Of a stretch of DNA of 64,000 bases, positions 9,339-18,430 are shown one piece after another. How positions within the stretch are numbered: the first letter of the stretch is position 1; every line of letters starts with the position of its first letter. The DNA comes from Candidatus Latescibacterota bacterium (lineage in GTDB: Bacteria; Latescibacterota; UBA2968). The stretch lies in the NCBI GenBank assembly GCA_965204375.1, contig OZ241986.1:2144001-2208000 (forward strand), read 5' to 3'. The notes beneath the pieces were generated by a model. That model did no database searches. It had not been told where the DNA came from and was given only the letters and a program-made list of their open reading frames with translations. The position numbers and the translations under genes were made by a program.

Positions 9339-10667
9339 TCATCGGAGGCGGCATACCGCCTCCTTGGCTATGTTGTACCGGCTCTCTCCTGTACGGCGGT
9401 AACGCTCAATCATTCGTTCACGCTCTTTCGTCGGCTGTGCATCGTAAACACGCCAGACTTCGGCTATCTCTTCAGAAGGGATTTCGAAATTGAGTTCCTC
9501 TGCGTAGCGGTGCATCCGTTCCAGAGTGGTCAGCGCGTATTTCCAGTTGACAAGAGGTTTCAAGAGAAGCACTTCTCGCCGTTGCAGCGAAAGATGGGCG
9601 AGGGAATGAATACGCGCATCCCACAGCCCGTTTGGGCGATGCTCAACGCCGATAGCCGAAATCGCAATATCAAAGCACCTGAGTCGAGCGTCGAGAGTCG
9701 GTGGCCCAATTTCGTGCGGGACTTCGACAACACGCCCCCGGATATTGAACGCATCGGCAAAGGGTGGAGCCGGAAGCAGGCGGGATCCCTTGAAGTTAAG
9801 CAACTTGATCAAAGTCTCGCGGTCCTGGCGCGAGGGCGTCCAGAGGTCCAGATCTTTGGGAGGCTGTCCCGTTAGCAAAGTCTTGAACGCGCCCCCGGCC
9901 AGAAAGAACCGGGCACCGCTATCTAAACCGATGGTTGCCGCGACTTCACGGCGTGCAAACTCAATAACGTCGGTCTTTTCAAGTGGGCAAAGGGGCTCCC
10001 GATCATTGCAGACCGCCTCAAAGTCTCGGTAGGCCGTATGCAACCCATCTTTGTCGTGCCAAAAGAATACGCCTTCGAGGTACCAGGGCCAGTCATCCTT
10101 TCCGAGAGGTTGCTTCAGTAGCCGCGCCGCCGTTGCAGTCACCACCGAGTCGTGCGTGACAAACAGATGGATTCCGGGAATGTCGCCCGCGACGGCAAGC
10201 ATGTGTTGCACGAGAAACCGCGCCGCTTCGTCGGACCGCGCCATGCCCGGCAATGGGTCGGCACCCGACACGAGATTCGCCATGACGCTTTCATGTCCGC
10301 GATCCACCCAAGCCTGTCCGGCGCGTTTATTATCAAGGACGTAAACACCCGGATCGCCGAGTAAGCGATCACGCACTATGCGACCATCGGCTACGTTGGC
10401 ACCGTCTCGAAGAACTTTAGCTGTCTGAACACACCGCAGGATAGGACTGGCGTGAAGCGTACGCAATCTGTCGCCGAGCATAGCTCCTAACTCACGGCCA
10501 AGCTGTCGGCCAACATCTGTGATTGGAAGGGTGTGGCCCGCATCCCCAAGCGGAAGATGGCCGCGGACCGAGTGGCGCAGTAACAAAACTATCGGACGGT
10601 TGCGTGGTATCCGATCAAGAATCGAAATTATCGAGTGCGGAATTCGCCACTGAATGCTATCGGTCAT
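9339..10667 (-). CDS. Fusion: histidine phosphatase (N) + CCA/poly(A) polymerase-like nucleotidyltransferase (C)
   Basis: LLRHS, SPILRCVQTA, VTHD (histidine phosphatase); LAGGAFK...PKDLDLW and RCFDIAISAI (Pol-beta NTase, class II-like); 4-bp overlap with upstream gene. Confidence 0.78.
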   Translation of the reverse strand: MTDSIQWRIPHSIISILDRIPRNRPIVLLLRHSVRGHLPLGDAGHTLPITDVGRQLGRELGAMLGDRLRTLHASPILRCVQTAKVLRDGANVADGRIVRDRLLGDPGVYVLDNKRAGQAWVDRGHESVMANLVSGADPLPGMARSDEAARFLVQHMLAVAGDIPGIHLFVTHDSVVTATAARLLKQPLGKDDWPWYLEGVFFWHDKDGLHTAYRDFEAVCNDREPLCPLEKTDVIEFARREVAATIGLDSGARFFLAGGAFKTLLTGQPPKDLDLWTPSRQDRETLIKLLNFKGSRLLPAPPFADAFNIRGRVVEVPHEIGPPTLDARLRCFDIAISAIGVEHRPNGLWDARIHSLAHLSLQRREVLLLKPLVNWKYALTTLERMHRYAEELNFEIPSEEIAEVWRVYDAQPTKERERMIERYRRTGESRYNIAKEAVCRLR

Positions 10668-12334
10668 TGCGCCACTCCCACTAACACTGAAACAAGCGAT
10701 TCCAGAGTGCGAACCTCTTCCAGAGCGAAATCTGCGTTATTGAGCAAGTGCTGGTATTCCCCAGTTGTGCGTTCCTGTCCTCCACCTGCCATGAGCAGAT
10801 GCAAACCGCACAACGCGCCGGCGAAGCTCATCTCGGGAACCAACATCTCGACAATGTAGATGCGTCCCCCGCACGGCAGGGCTGTTCGGGCATTTTGCAG
10901 TATCCGACTCGCCTTCTCATTGTCCCAATCGTGAAGGACGCGAGCGAGCACGACTGCATCGGCCTCAATGCCCCACGGCACGAACAAATCAGCCACATAC
11001 CAAGAAAGTCCTTTGCGTTCTCCTTGCTCGCGCACGGCTTGAGCAATTACCTCGGGACGGTCAAGGACAGTCACTTGGAGATTGGGATGCGTATTGAGCA
11101 GGAGGTTTGCCAGCACACCCAATCCACCACCGGCATCAATAATGCGTTCGCGTCCATGGAGACCCAATTCATCCGGCACGGCCGAATAGTCGTGCCGGGC
11201 GTAACTTTTTAGCATTCGATGATGCGCCTCGCAACGTTGTGCATCGAGGGCGACTTCGGCGAAAACATCCGGAGCGTTCCTGTTGCCATTGGTGCACAGA
11301 GCTTGTGGAAGCGAGGTCCACATTTCCGAAAATGGTCCTGCGTACTCAAGGGCCGCACCGGCCAGTGTGAGCGGGTGGTCCTCACGGAGAAATTCTCCGC
11401 GTATGGTCAGATGCCAAGTGCCATCCCGTATCGTAACGAGGGCTAACTCCCCCAGCGCACGGAGAAGCCGCTGGGCACCATCAATCCGCAAGCCGTACTT
11501 GTGCGCGATCTCGATATCAGATGCGGGGAGTGATTCAATGACGCCGAGCTTGACCGCGGTGGCGATGGTCTGAGTCCGCCAAAATCCGACCATGTCTCCA
11601 GAGAGTGCCGCAAACTCAGAGCGGCGGGATGAACGTAGTTCGACCACGGCGTCGCCTGTCTCATTGATGACCTCGAGTCCTCCGTCGAATCGTTCCACAC
11701 GGGCCTGGCCGTTGTAAAAGGGTTCGACCATTGCGAATCGGCGTAGATAGGCGGGTGTTCCAACGCAATCAATGTGCATCCACCCGGCTTCATCCCGAGC
11801 GCGTGCGAAACCTTTGTGGAAAACATCAAGATCAATGAACCATTGACCATGTACTTGCCGGCCATCGGCGTCAATATGGGTGGATCTACCATCCCTGGCC
11901 TGAACGACAGCGATGCCATCCCGATAATCGCCGGCATAGTGCCACTGAGCTTGATAAACCGGAATGCCGCCTCGTGCGATGTGGAAGTAAGAGCCACTAT
12001 TATCACGTACCGCGCATCGTCCTTCTTGAAAGTTGCCACACCAAGCATATCGCTGAGAGTACGCATCTTTGCCGGATGGATGAATATGGTGCCAGCCATC
12101 ATCCCCGATAACGGCAGCGAGGTTTTCGTAGAACCCGAACGTGCGCCGAAAACACCGTTTATATGCCGGACTGCCATCTGGACCAATATGCCATGCCGCC
12201 GATCTTCGAAGGACAGGTGCCAGCCCCGGCACACGGAACTTCAGTACCTCGTCAAATCGTTCTTCATAAGCGGGAACGCCTTTGGCTACGTGATGAGAGC
12301 CATCTGGTGAAATAGCCCAGGATTCCGGATTCAT
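10664..12334 (-). CDS. Fusion: WG (KWG-Leptospira-like) repeats + SAM-dependent O-methyltransferase (Methyltransf_2 with dimerisation domain)
   Basis: About 6 repeats F.EG.A.V....xxHI...G; IIDAGGGLG, VLDRPEV, LARVLHDW, GGQERT; ATGA overlap with upstream gene. Confidence 0.85.
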   Translation of the reverse strand: MNPESWAISPDGSHHVAKGVPAYEERFDEVLKFRVPGLAPVLRRSAAWHIGPDGSPAYKRCFRRTFGFYENLAAVIGDDGWHHIHPSGKDAYSQRYAWCGNFQEGRCAVRDNSGSYFHIARGGIPVYQAQWHYAGDYRDGIAVVQARDGRSTHIDADGRQVHGQWFIDLDVFHKGFARARDEAGWMHIDCVGTPAYLRRFAMVEPFYNGQARVERFDGGLEVINETGDAVVELRSSRRSEFAALSGDMVGFWRTQTIATAVKLGVIESLPASDIEIAHKYGLRIDGAQRLLRALGELALVTIRDGTWHLTIRGEFLREDHPLTLAGAALEYAGPFSEMWTSLPQALCTNGNRNAPDVFAEVALDAQRCEAHHRMLKSYARHDYSAVPDELGLHGRERIIDAGGGLGVLANLLLNTHPNLQVTVLDRPEVIAQAVREQGERKGLSWYVADLFVPWGIEADAVVLARVLHDWDNEKASRILQNARTALPCGGRIYIVEMLVPEMSFAGALCGLHLLMAGGGQERTTGEYQHLLNNADFALEEVRTLESLVSVLVGVAQ

Positions 12335-14682
12335 GGTGTTTCTCCCGCAGGTTTACGCATGTTGCAACCGAGGCAAAGGGACCGGTTGCGGTACGTTGCT
12401 CTGAGCTCGCGGTAGGCATCGCTGTTCCATATCTCCATCAGTCCTTGCTCGTGCAGATTGCCAAATTCGCCCAATGTGCGGCGTTGGGCATCTGGAGCAC
12501 AGCACGGATCAAAGCGCCCCATCGCGCTTACCCAGGCCTCCTGCCCCAAAAATGGACATGGTCCGCCGGGGGCGAGATCGTCCACTGCATCTTCGTCGAG
12601 TGGGAGGATGTTCTCGAGCAGAATGTATTGTCCGTTTGGAAGCGTGCGTTCCTCGGCCACTTTCTGCGCCTTGAGTACCGCCTCGTTCCACCGGCGAATG
12701 GCCGCGGGATCGCGGCGCATGGATTGCTTTTTGATCTCGTCGAAGTGGATCCACAGGTGGTGCCCTTTCACGCGGTCCACGCCAAGGTCAATAGCGAGCC
12801 TCACCGTATCGGCGAGTTCCACCACATTGGCTTCCAGAAAAGTCAGTTGAAAGGTGACGCGACAACGATTGCCGCCGAGGGCCGCGTGTGCGTTTCTCAC
12901 CGCGATGAATGTCCGTGCGTTTTCCAGCACCTTCTCCCAGTTGGCACCGATCATGATGGTCTCCTGCGTCTCTTTTGTCGAGCCATTCCACGAGATTTTG
13001 ACATCCGATGTCACAGGCACGATTAACTCTGCCCATCTGCGTGCGCCAAGGCGCGGAAAGGTGCCATTCGTCGTGAGATTGAGCCAAATACCGTAGCGTT
13101 TACAAAGATCGAGAATGTCCTCGAATTGATCGTAGAGCAACGGTTCACCCATTGTTGATGGGATGATCTCCTCAAGGCCGTGTGGAGCCGCATCCGCGAC
13201 AACCCGCTCAATTACCTCAAAGGGCATCAGTCGCCTTGGCCGCCTCTCGGCCCTCCTCTGGTCCTGAAGCGGACTGTATGGTGAGTGCTCCTCGCACATA
13301 ATGCAGCGGAGATTGCAGGTGTCCGGGTTCGTGTCGAAGGTGATTCTCCAGGGTCCCTTCCGCTGCTGAACATGCGCGCTATTCTGCCGTTTCAACACTT
13401 TGTCGTAAAGTGCCTCAACTTGGCGAACATGCGTCTCAATATCTGGCACATCTCCTGTCTCGCTATACAAATAGCCCTTCGCGCCGATATCGGCGGCAAG
13501 TTCAGGCTCATCAACGAATCGCTGCATCTGTTCGGCGAGTGAGGTAGCGGAGCGATGCTCAAACAAAAGGCCGTTTACCTCGTGATGAACATACTCTCTC
13601 ATGCCGCCTGCGTTGGCAGTGATGACTGGCACGCGGGCCTGTTGCGCTTCGTGAATGACCAGCGGCGAGTTTTCCACCCAAACCGAAGGTACGACGATTG
13701 CGTCGCAACGATTAAAAACATCGCGCACAATATTCCAATTTTTGTATTCGGCCATCCATTCGATGCGTCCATCCAAGCACTCGGGCAATGAGCCCGTCAT
13801 CGCTTTCAGTGCAGCAGTGTCTTGTCCACTCGAGCGTCCCCAGATGCGTAAGCAGGCATCTCCGTGAATGGTACTGAACGCAGAAATGAGATTGTGAATG
13901 CCTTTGGCCGGAATATGCGTTCCAATATAGCCAAAGGTAAATGGTTCGCCGGGTATTCGATTGCGCCCCACCATCCGGTTCTGGTCAAAACCATAGTCGA
14001 GATAAACAAGTTTGCGTTCCGGTAAATCGAAATCGTCACAGAAACGGGCACGGAGATAGCGAGCTGGCGCGATAAAAAGATCAACCAATTCGACCATTTC
14101 ACGCACATGCCGCATGCGCCGTCCGACCCAGTCGGTCCAGTAGGCGACATCGGCCTCGTATTCATCGGGCGCACCGCTGAAGTAGCGGGCATAGCAACGC
14201 TCGGCACACTTGCGATCAACTTGTCCATCACAAGCGGCCCAGAGATTGTTCGGATCCTCTGGAAACATTTGCATGAACTGACCGCGGGGGCACATTAGCC
14301 AGTAGTCGTGCAGGGTGAAGATAATTGGAACTTCCTGCTGTGCCGCTTCGCGGACCAGCGAGGTCGAAAGATGGTTGAGGTGACCAATATGCACGATATG
14401 GGGCTGCAACCGATCCAGCAATCCGGCAAAGCACTGGTCAACGCCATCGGCCCGGTATCGATCCTTGAAACGGGGATTGTTGACAAGGTGCAACGTAACC
14501 CTGGGGTCTTCCGCATCCTGTTCCACACGCAAATGGAAGTCTGGCACAAAGGGATTTTCTTCTCGAGTGAAGACGTGTACCTCGTGACGGTCTGCGAGCC
14601 CTTGGCACAACATCTGGCTATACACCTCTGATCCAGCGTTATAGCGCATCGGATAGCCATGAATGACTTTCAGAATTTTCAC
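12331..14682 (-). CDS. Fusion: GT-B family 4 glycosyltransferase + radical SAM with SPASM/Twitch domain
   Basis: MKILKVIHGYP..AGSEVY, TLHDYW, PSVWVENSPLVIHEA (GT4); CNLRCIMC (CxxxCxxC), GEPLL, TTNG; C-terminal CPF...GRFDPCC...CLGC; GTG start with RBS GGGAGG. Confidence 0.9.
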   Translation of the reverse strand: MKILKVIHGYPMRYNAGSEVYSQMLCQGLADRHEVHVFTREENPFVPDFHLRVEQDAEDPRVTLHLVNNPRFKDRYRADGVDQCFAGLLDRLQPHIVHIGHLNHLSTSLVREAAQQEVPIIFTLHDYWLMCPRGQFMQMFPEDPNNLWAACDGQVDRKCAERCYARYFSGAPDEYEADVAYWTDWVGRRMRHVREMVELVDLFIAPARYLRARFCDDFDLPERKLVYLDYGFDQNRMVGRNRIPGEPFTFGYIGTHIPAKGIHNLISAFSTIHGDACLRIWGRSSGQDTAALKAMTGSLPECLDGRIEWMAEYKNWNIVRDVFNRCDAIVVPSVWVENSPLVIHEAQQARVPVITANAGGMREYVHHEVNGLLFEHRSATSLAEQMQRFVDEPELAADIGAKGYLYSETGDVPDIETHVRQVEALYDKVLKRQNSAHVQQRKGPWRITFDTNPDTCNLRCIMCEEHSPYSPLQDQRRAERRPRRLMPFEVIERVVADAAPHGLEEIIPSTMGEPLLYDQFEDILDLCKRYGIWLNLTTNGTFPRLGARRWAELIVPVTSDVKISWNGSTKETQETIMIGANWEKVLENARTFIAVRNAHAALGGNRCRVTFQLTFLEANVVELADTVRLAIDLGVDRVKGHHLWIHFDEIKKQSMRRDPAAIRRWNEAVLKAQKVAEERTLPNGQYILLENILPLDEDAVDDLAPGGPCPFLGQEAWVSAMGRFDPCCAPDAQRRTLGEFGNLHEQGLMEIWNSDAYRELRATYRNRSLCLGCNMRKPAGETP

Positions 14683-14748
14683 AGTACTTTCCTCCCGTCG
14701 TGTGACATACCAATATCTGTCCGGAATGACTCGGTGATCTCTTATGCT

Positions 14749-15099
14749 TTAATCTCTATTTACCTCAAATAGGCCAAGAAGCCTACTTGCAACTACCGTC
14801 TGTATATCACGCGGTAATATGCCTAATTCTCTCAAAATAAGTGATGTTCTAACAGTTACCACTCTATGCAGTCTGATAGCTGATGTCACTCGCAATCCCG
14901 TTAAAGAAAATTCAGGATGATCAGATCTGATCACCACATCAGAATCTTGTAATTCCACGGGAAAACGACTCGTGATAAATGCCAGAACAACATAGCGATA
15001 TTGCCCAACAGGATTTGTCAGACATAATGCAGGTCGCACTTTAGTCGCCGAGAAATCGTCAAAAGGAAACCGCACCAGAACGATCTTACCCCTCGTCAT
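14749..15099 (-). CDS. PemK/MazF family toxin
   Basis: MTRGKIVLVRFPF.D....KVRPAL, ITS, TGL...S.IR...V.T. Confidence 0.88.
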   Translation of the reverse strand: MTRGKIVLVRFPFDDFSATKVRPALCLTNPVGQYRYVVLAFITSRFPVELQDSDVVIRSDHPEFSLTGLRVTSAIRLHRVVTVRTSLILRELGILPRDIQTVVASRLLGLFEVNRD

Positions 15100-15331
15100 A
15101 AAATGGCTTTCCATCGGAAAGGGTGTAAATATCCTCTTCAGGGTGCTTGAGAAAGTCAAAAGCGGGATTCTTTGATGCTGCCGACAGCCATTCGCGCTCG
15201 CCTATTTCGTCATTTTCATCTATCAGCACGATAACCCGAACAACGCCTGGTTTGACAGCACCCAATGGCTCATCCAATTGTAGATGGCCTTCAGCATCAA
15301 TCCTACCACTGACTTCAACAACTCTACTCAT
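15086..15331 (-). CDS. Putative antitoxin of the MazF-like toxin
   Basis: 81 aa, overlaps the toxin start; acidic tail NPAFDFLKHPEEDIY typical of such partners. Confidence 0.7.
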   Translation of the reverse strand: MSRVVEVSGRIDAEGHLQLDEPLGAVKPGVVRVIVLIDENDEIGEREWLSAASKNPAFDFLKHPEEDIYTLSDGKPFYDEG

Positions 15332-15368
15332 TTTTTCCCCCGCATTTATTATTTTACTCGCATGCCCT

Positions 15369-16361
15369 TCATATCTCCACATCCACACTCTTGCCAGAAG
15401 CACCTGACTCGCGTGCAGCGTGCAACACCTGCATCACCCACAAACCGTGTTCAGCGGTAATAATCAACTCCTCGCCCTCGCGCAAATGCCGCGCGATATT
15501 CGCGTGCAGATTTTCGCGCGGCACCGCATCCGTGCGCACTTCCTCAGAATCTTCACCATAGACCGTAACCTCGCCACCGCCCCCACGCTCGCACACAAGC
15601 GTGGCTTCCGTGCCCAAAACAACCCACTTATACGGCAGAGAATAAAAAGAAATATCCGCCTTGGCAGCACGCGCGCGCACCCCATTGTCAAACACCATCA
15701 CAATATCAAACAAATCGTCTGAATCGCCCCACTTCGTATGCCGCACATCGGCAAATACCGATACCACCTTGTGACCCGACATCAAATCGATAATCTGCTC
15801 GACCCAGTGCGGACCAAAATCCAGCAACGTTCCCCCACCCGCCGCGGCTGTCACGCGCCATTGTTGATTGTAATCGGGCACGCCAAAACCCACAGCGGGA
15901 CGCGCCCCCATTGTGCGATTCTCAAGCGCAACAATCTCGCCAACTGCGCCATCTAAAACCGCGTGCTTCACCAGGCAATAATCGCGGTCGTAATGCCGGT
16001 TGTGGTGCATCGTCAACACCACGCCATTCTCTCTGGCCGCCTGCACCATTTCCTCGGCCTCTAGCCCGGTCAGTGACATCGGTTTCTCAATTAGCATGTG
16101 CTTCTTCGCCGCCGCCACCTTGAGCGCATCCGCATAATGCGCCGCCGAATGCGTCGCAATCAAAACCAGTTCGATATCCCAACCGAGAAATTCATCGAGA
16201 TTATCGGTCGCACGCAGGCCCTCGGCAACCGCCTCTTCCCGCCTGGATTCCGTAATATCGCACACACCCACCACATCGTACAACCCCGTCTCGCGCATTG
16301 TTCTCAGATGACCGCCAGCCACCCGCCCAAATCCAATAATACCCGCCTTAATCTTTTCCAT
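15369..16361 (-). CDS. Gfo/Idh/MocA family oxidoreductase
   Basis: GIIGFG, EKPM, HHNRHY, GGGTLLDFGPH. Confidence 0.9.
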   Translation of the reverse strand: MEKIKAGIIGFGRVAGGHLRTMRETGLYDVVGVCDITESRREEAVAEGLRATDNLDEFLGWDIELVLIATHSAAHYADALKVAAAKKHMLIEKPMSLTGLEAEEMVQAARENGVVLTMHHNRHYDRDYCLVKHAVLDGAVGEIVALENRTMGARPAVGFGVPDYNQQWRVTAAAGGGTLLDFGPHWVEQIIDLMSGHKVVSVFADVRHTKWGDSDDLFDIVMVFDNGVRARAAKADISFYSLPYKWVVLGTEATLVCERGGGGEVTVYGEDSEEVRTDAVPRENLHANIARHLREGEELIITAEHGLWVMQVLHAARESGASGKSVDVEI

Positions 16362-16442
16362 TTATTTTTCCTCATCATCTCCGTATTCTTCACCGCGATA
16401 AGCCGCGCGCAACTCCGCGATATTGGTCGCCTTCACAACGCG
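16342..16442. repeat. ~100-bp direct repeat, copy 1 (rraA 3' end + gfo start)
   Basis: Near-identical to 17573-17672. Confidence 0.9.
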
Positions 16443-16464
16443 TGCATGAACTGTCTCGTTGGAT

Positions 16465-17568
16465 TCATTCGGCCCCGATCCACGCGGAACCGTAATCGTT
16501 ATCAAGCTCACGATACATGCTGTGAGCATGATCTACGGTGCCTTCGCCGTTTTGAACCGCGTATTCGAGTACCATGGACGGGCTGGTCACGCGGAAATAC
16601 GCGGCGCCCAAGGCTCCCTGCCGCCCCCACCATCCAAAGTATGTCTCCTCGATCTCGGCCACCACGGTTTTCATTTTCTCAGCATAGTCGTCATTGTTCA
16701 TGAAACCCAAACGGGCCTCGATCACATCCAGGAGTAACGTTCTCTGCATAGCTGTAAGTTCGCTTCCCTTAATGCCTTCCGGCGCAACTGTTGCACCATA
16801 CTTTCCTGGCCCCAGCAAGAGGTCAATGGGCTGCTCTGCACGAACGGCTTGTCCCTTCTGTTCGTCCGTAAGGCTATCCATGAACGCTTGCGCTGCCGCA
16901 GTTTCCCTCTGCGTAATGAAGATTTCGTCACCGTCAAGGCGCAAGTGCAGCGGTTGGCCGCCAGTCAGCATCGGTGAAAAGGAAACGTTCGGTCCGAATA
17001 CTGTGGCGTTTAATGCGAGATGGTGCCCGCCGAACTGGAACATCCAGGGCTCTGTACTTGACGGTTCACCGAGAAATGCAGCGTAAAAGTACTTACTGCC
17101 GTATTTCATGACGCCGAACAGGTCTCCTGGGATCAGTAAGTCTGCTGCGGCCAGTTGATAAGTGATATTTTTCACACCGTCTTCACTCAAGAGTTCACCA
17201 AGGAGCTTATCGAGATTCGCCCGCTGTATTGCAGAGAGAACACCGAGCTTTACACCACCACGCGGAACCATACCCTCAGGAAAGTTGGACCAGTTTGAAC
17301 GCTGTGCGTTATCGGTAAACCGATATGTCGCCGCTTGTCTCTGATTGTCGTCCAGTGAGTCCAGAAAGAGCCTTGCAGCCGCCACGATGGCCACGGTCTT
17401 CTCGTCGGCAGCAGGCAGGTCGTGAGCGTGCTTGAGATTGATCTCTACTGGTAAGGGAACCGCTCCAAAAAAGACCTGAGCTACAATATCGGGGTAAAAA
17501 AACAGGTAGCCGAAAACTGCGGCAACGGCAATCACTGCACCGAGAAGGTAGATCAACACACGTTTCAT
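16465..17568 (-). CDS. DUF3500 domain protein with N-terminal membrane anchor
   Basis: WMFQFGGHHLALN, YFRVTSPSMVLEY, HAHSMYR..NDYG. Confidence 0.8.
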   Translation of the reverse strand: MKRVLIYLLGAVIAVAAVFGYLFFYPDIVAQVFFGAVPLPVEINLKHAHDLPAADEKTVAIVAAARLFLDSLDDNQRQAATYRFTDNAQRSNWSNFPEGMVPRGGVKLGVLSAIQRANLDKLLGELLSEDGVKNITYQLAAADLLIPGDLFGVMKYGSKYFYAAFLGEPSSTEPWMFQFGGHHLALNATVFGPNVSFSPMLTGGQPLHLRLDGDEIFITQRETAAAQAFMDSLTDEQKGQAVRAEQPIDLLLGPGKYGATVAPEGIKGSELTAMQRTLLLDVIEARLGFMNNDDYAEKMKTVVAEIEETYFGWWGRQGALGAAYFRVTSPSMVLEYAVQNGEGTVDHAHSMYRELDNDYGSAWIGAE

Positions 17569-17572
17569 GGAT

Positions 17573-17672
17573 CCCGCCTTGATCTTTCCATTTATTCTTC
17601 CTCATCATCTCCGTATTCTTCACCGCGATAAGCCGCGCGCAACTCGGCGATATTGGTCGCCTTCTTAACGCG
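17573..17672. repeat. ~100-bp direct repeat, copy 2
   Basis: Near-identical to 16342-16442. Confidence 0.9.
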
Positions 17673-18317
17673 CTCTTGAAGTGCCTCTTCCCCTGCGATC
17701 AGTTCTTTCACATTCGCCAGCACCTCTGCCATCCGATCTGCGGGAAACTTAACCGCGCCATTTTCATCCATGTGAATAATCTCGCCAGGCGCAACATCCA
17801 TGCCGCAAATCGACACCGGCACATTCACCGCCTGCACAGCCTGATCGCCGTGGCCCGGCGATATACCCGTCAACAAATACTGAAACTCCATCGGACGAAT
17901 CTCATCGATATCTCTCGACGGCCCATTTGACACGCACCCCACGCACCCGAGTGCTTTCATCGTCGTCGTCATATTGCCGCCCGCAAGCCCCACCTTACCC
18001 GCAATCTCCGGCGGAAACTTCTGCTCCAGCGCCAGTATCGTCGGCTTTGGCGACGCATCCAGTGCCTCGGACACATCCATAAACGACAACCGGCTAAACC
18101 CCGCATCCGGCAACCCAAAAGTACACGTCACAGCATACCCACACCGCACGCCGAGTTCTGGATACATACACTTAATCGTCTGATCCGTGTACCAGTTCTC
18201 AACCCACGGATTGTAAAGCCCCAAACACAACGGATTACTCGGATACGTCGCCACCACATTTGTAATAGACGGCGTATCGAAATTCTCCAACTCCTTCAAA
18301 ATCTCCTGCTCTGTCAT
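17592..18317 (-). CDS. RraA / HMG-CHA aldolase family protein
   Basis: DTPSITN, GYAVT, G.NMT....ALGCVG.VSNG..RD.DE, VAPGEIIH.DENG. Confidence 0.85.
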   Translation of the reverse strand: MTEQEILKELENFDTPSITNVVATYPSNPLCLGLYNPWVENWYTDQTIKCMYPELGVRCGYAVTCTFGLPDAGFSRLSFMDVSEALDASPKPTILALEQKFPPEIAGKVGLAGGNMTTTMKALGCVGCVSNGPSRDIDEIRPMEFQYLLTGISPGHGDQAVQAVNVPVSICGMDVAPGEIIHMDENGAVKFPADRMAEVLANVKELIAGEEALQERVKKATNIAELRAAYRGEEYGDDEEE

Positions 18318-18330
18318 GGTAATCTCCTTA

Positions 18331-18430
18331 AGTTGTCAGTCTTCAGTTGTCCGTTGTCAGTCCACCCAGCCCACCAGTCTCCAGCCCCTCTCTCGCCTTT
18401 ATCTGTGTTCATCTGCGTCATCTGCGGATT
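18331..18430. repeat. Intergenic short-repeat element (gttgtca 7-mers, cagtccacccagccc core, atctgYgt repeats)
   Basis: gttgtca gtcttca gttgtcc gttgtca ... atctgtgttc atctgcgtc atctgcgg. Confidence 0.6.

Noticed and set aside
9291-14748. att sites or target duplications bounding the three-gene fusion operon
   Set aside because: No direct or inverted repeat found by eye at either boundary and no integrase nearby; mobility is inferred only
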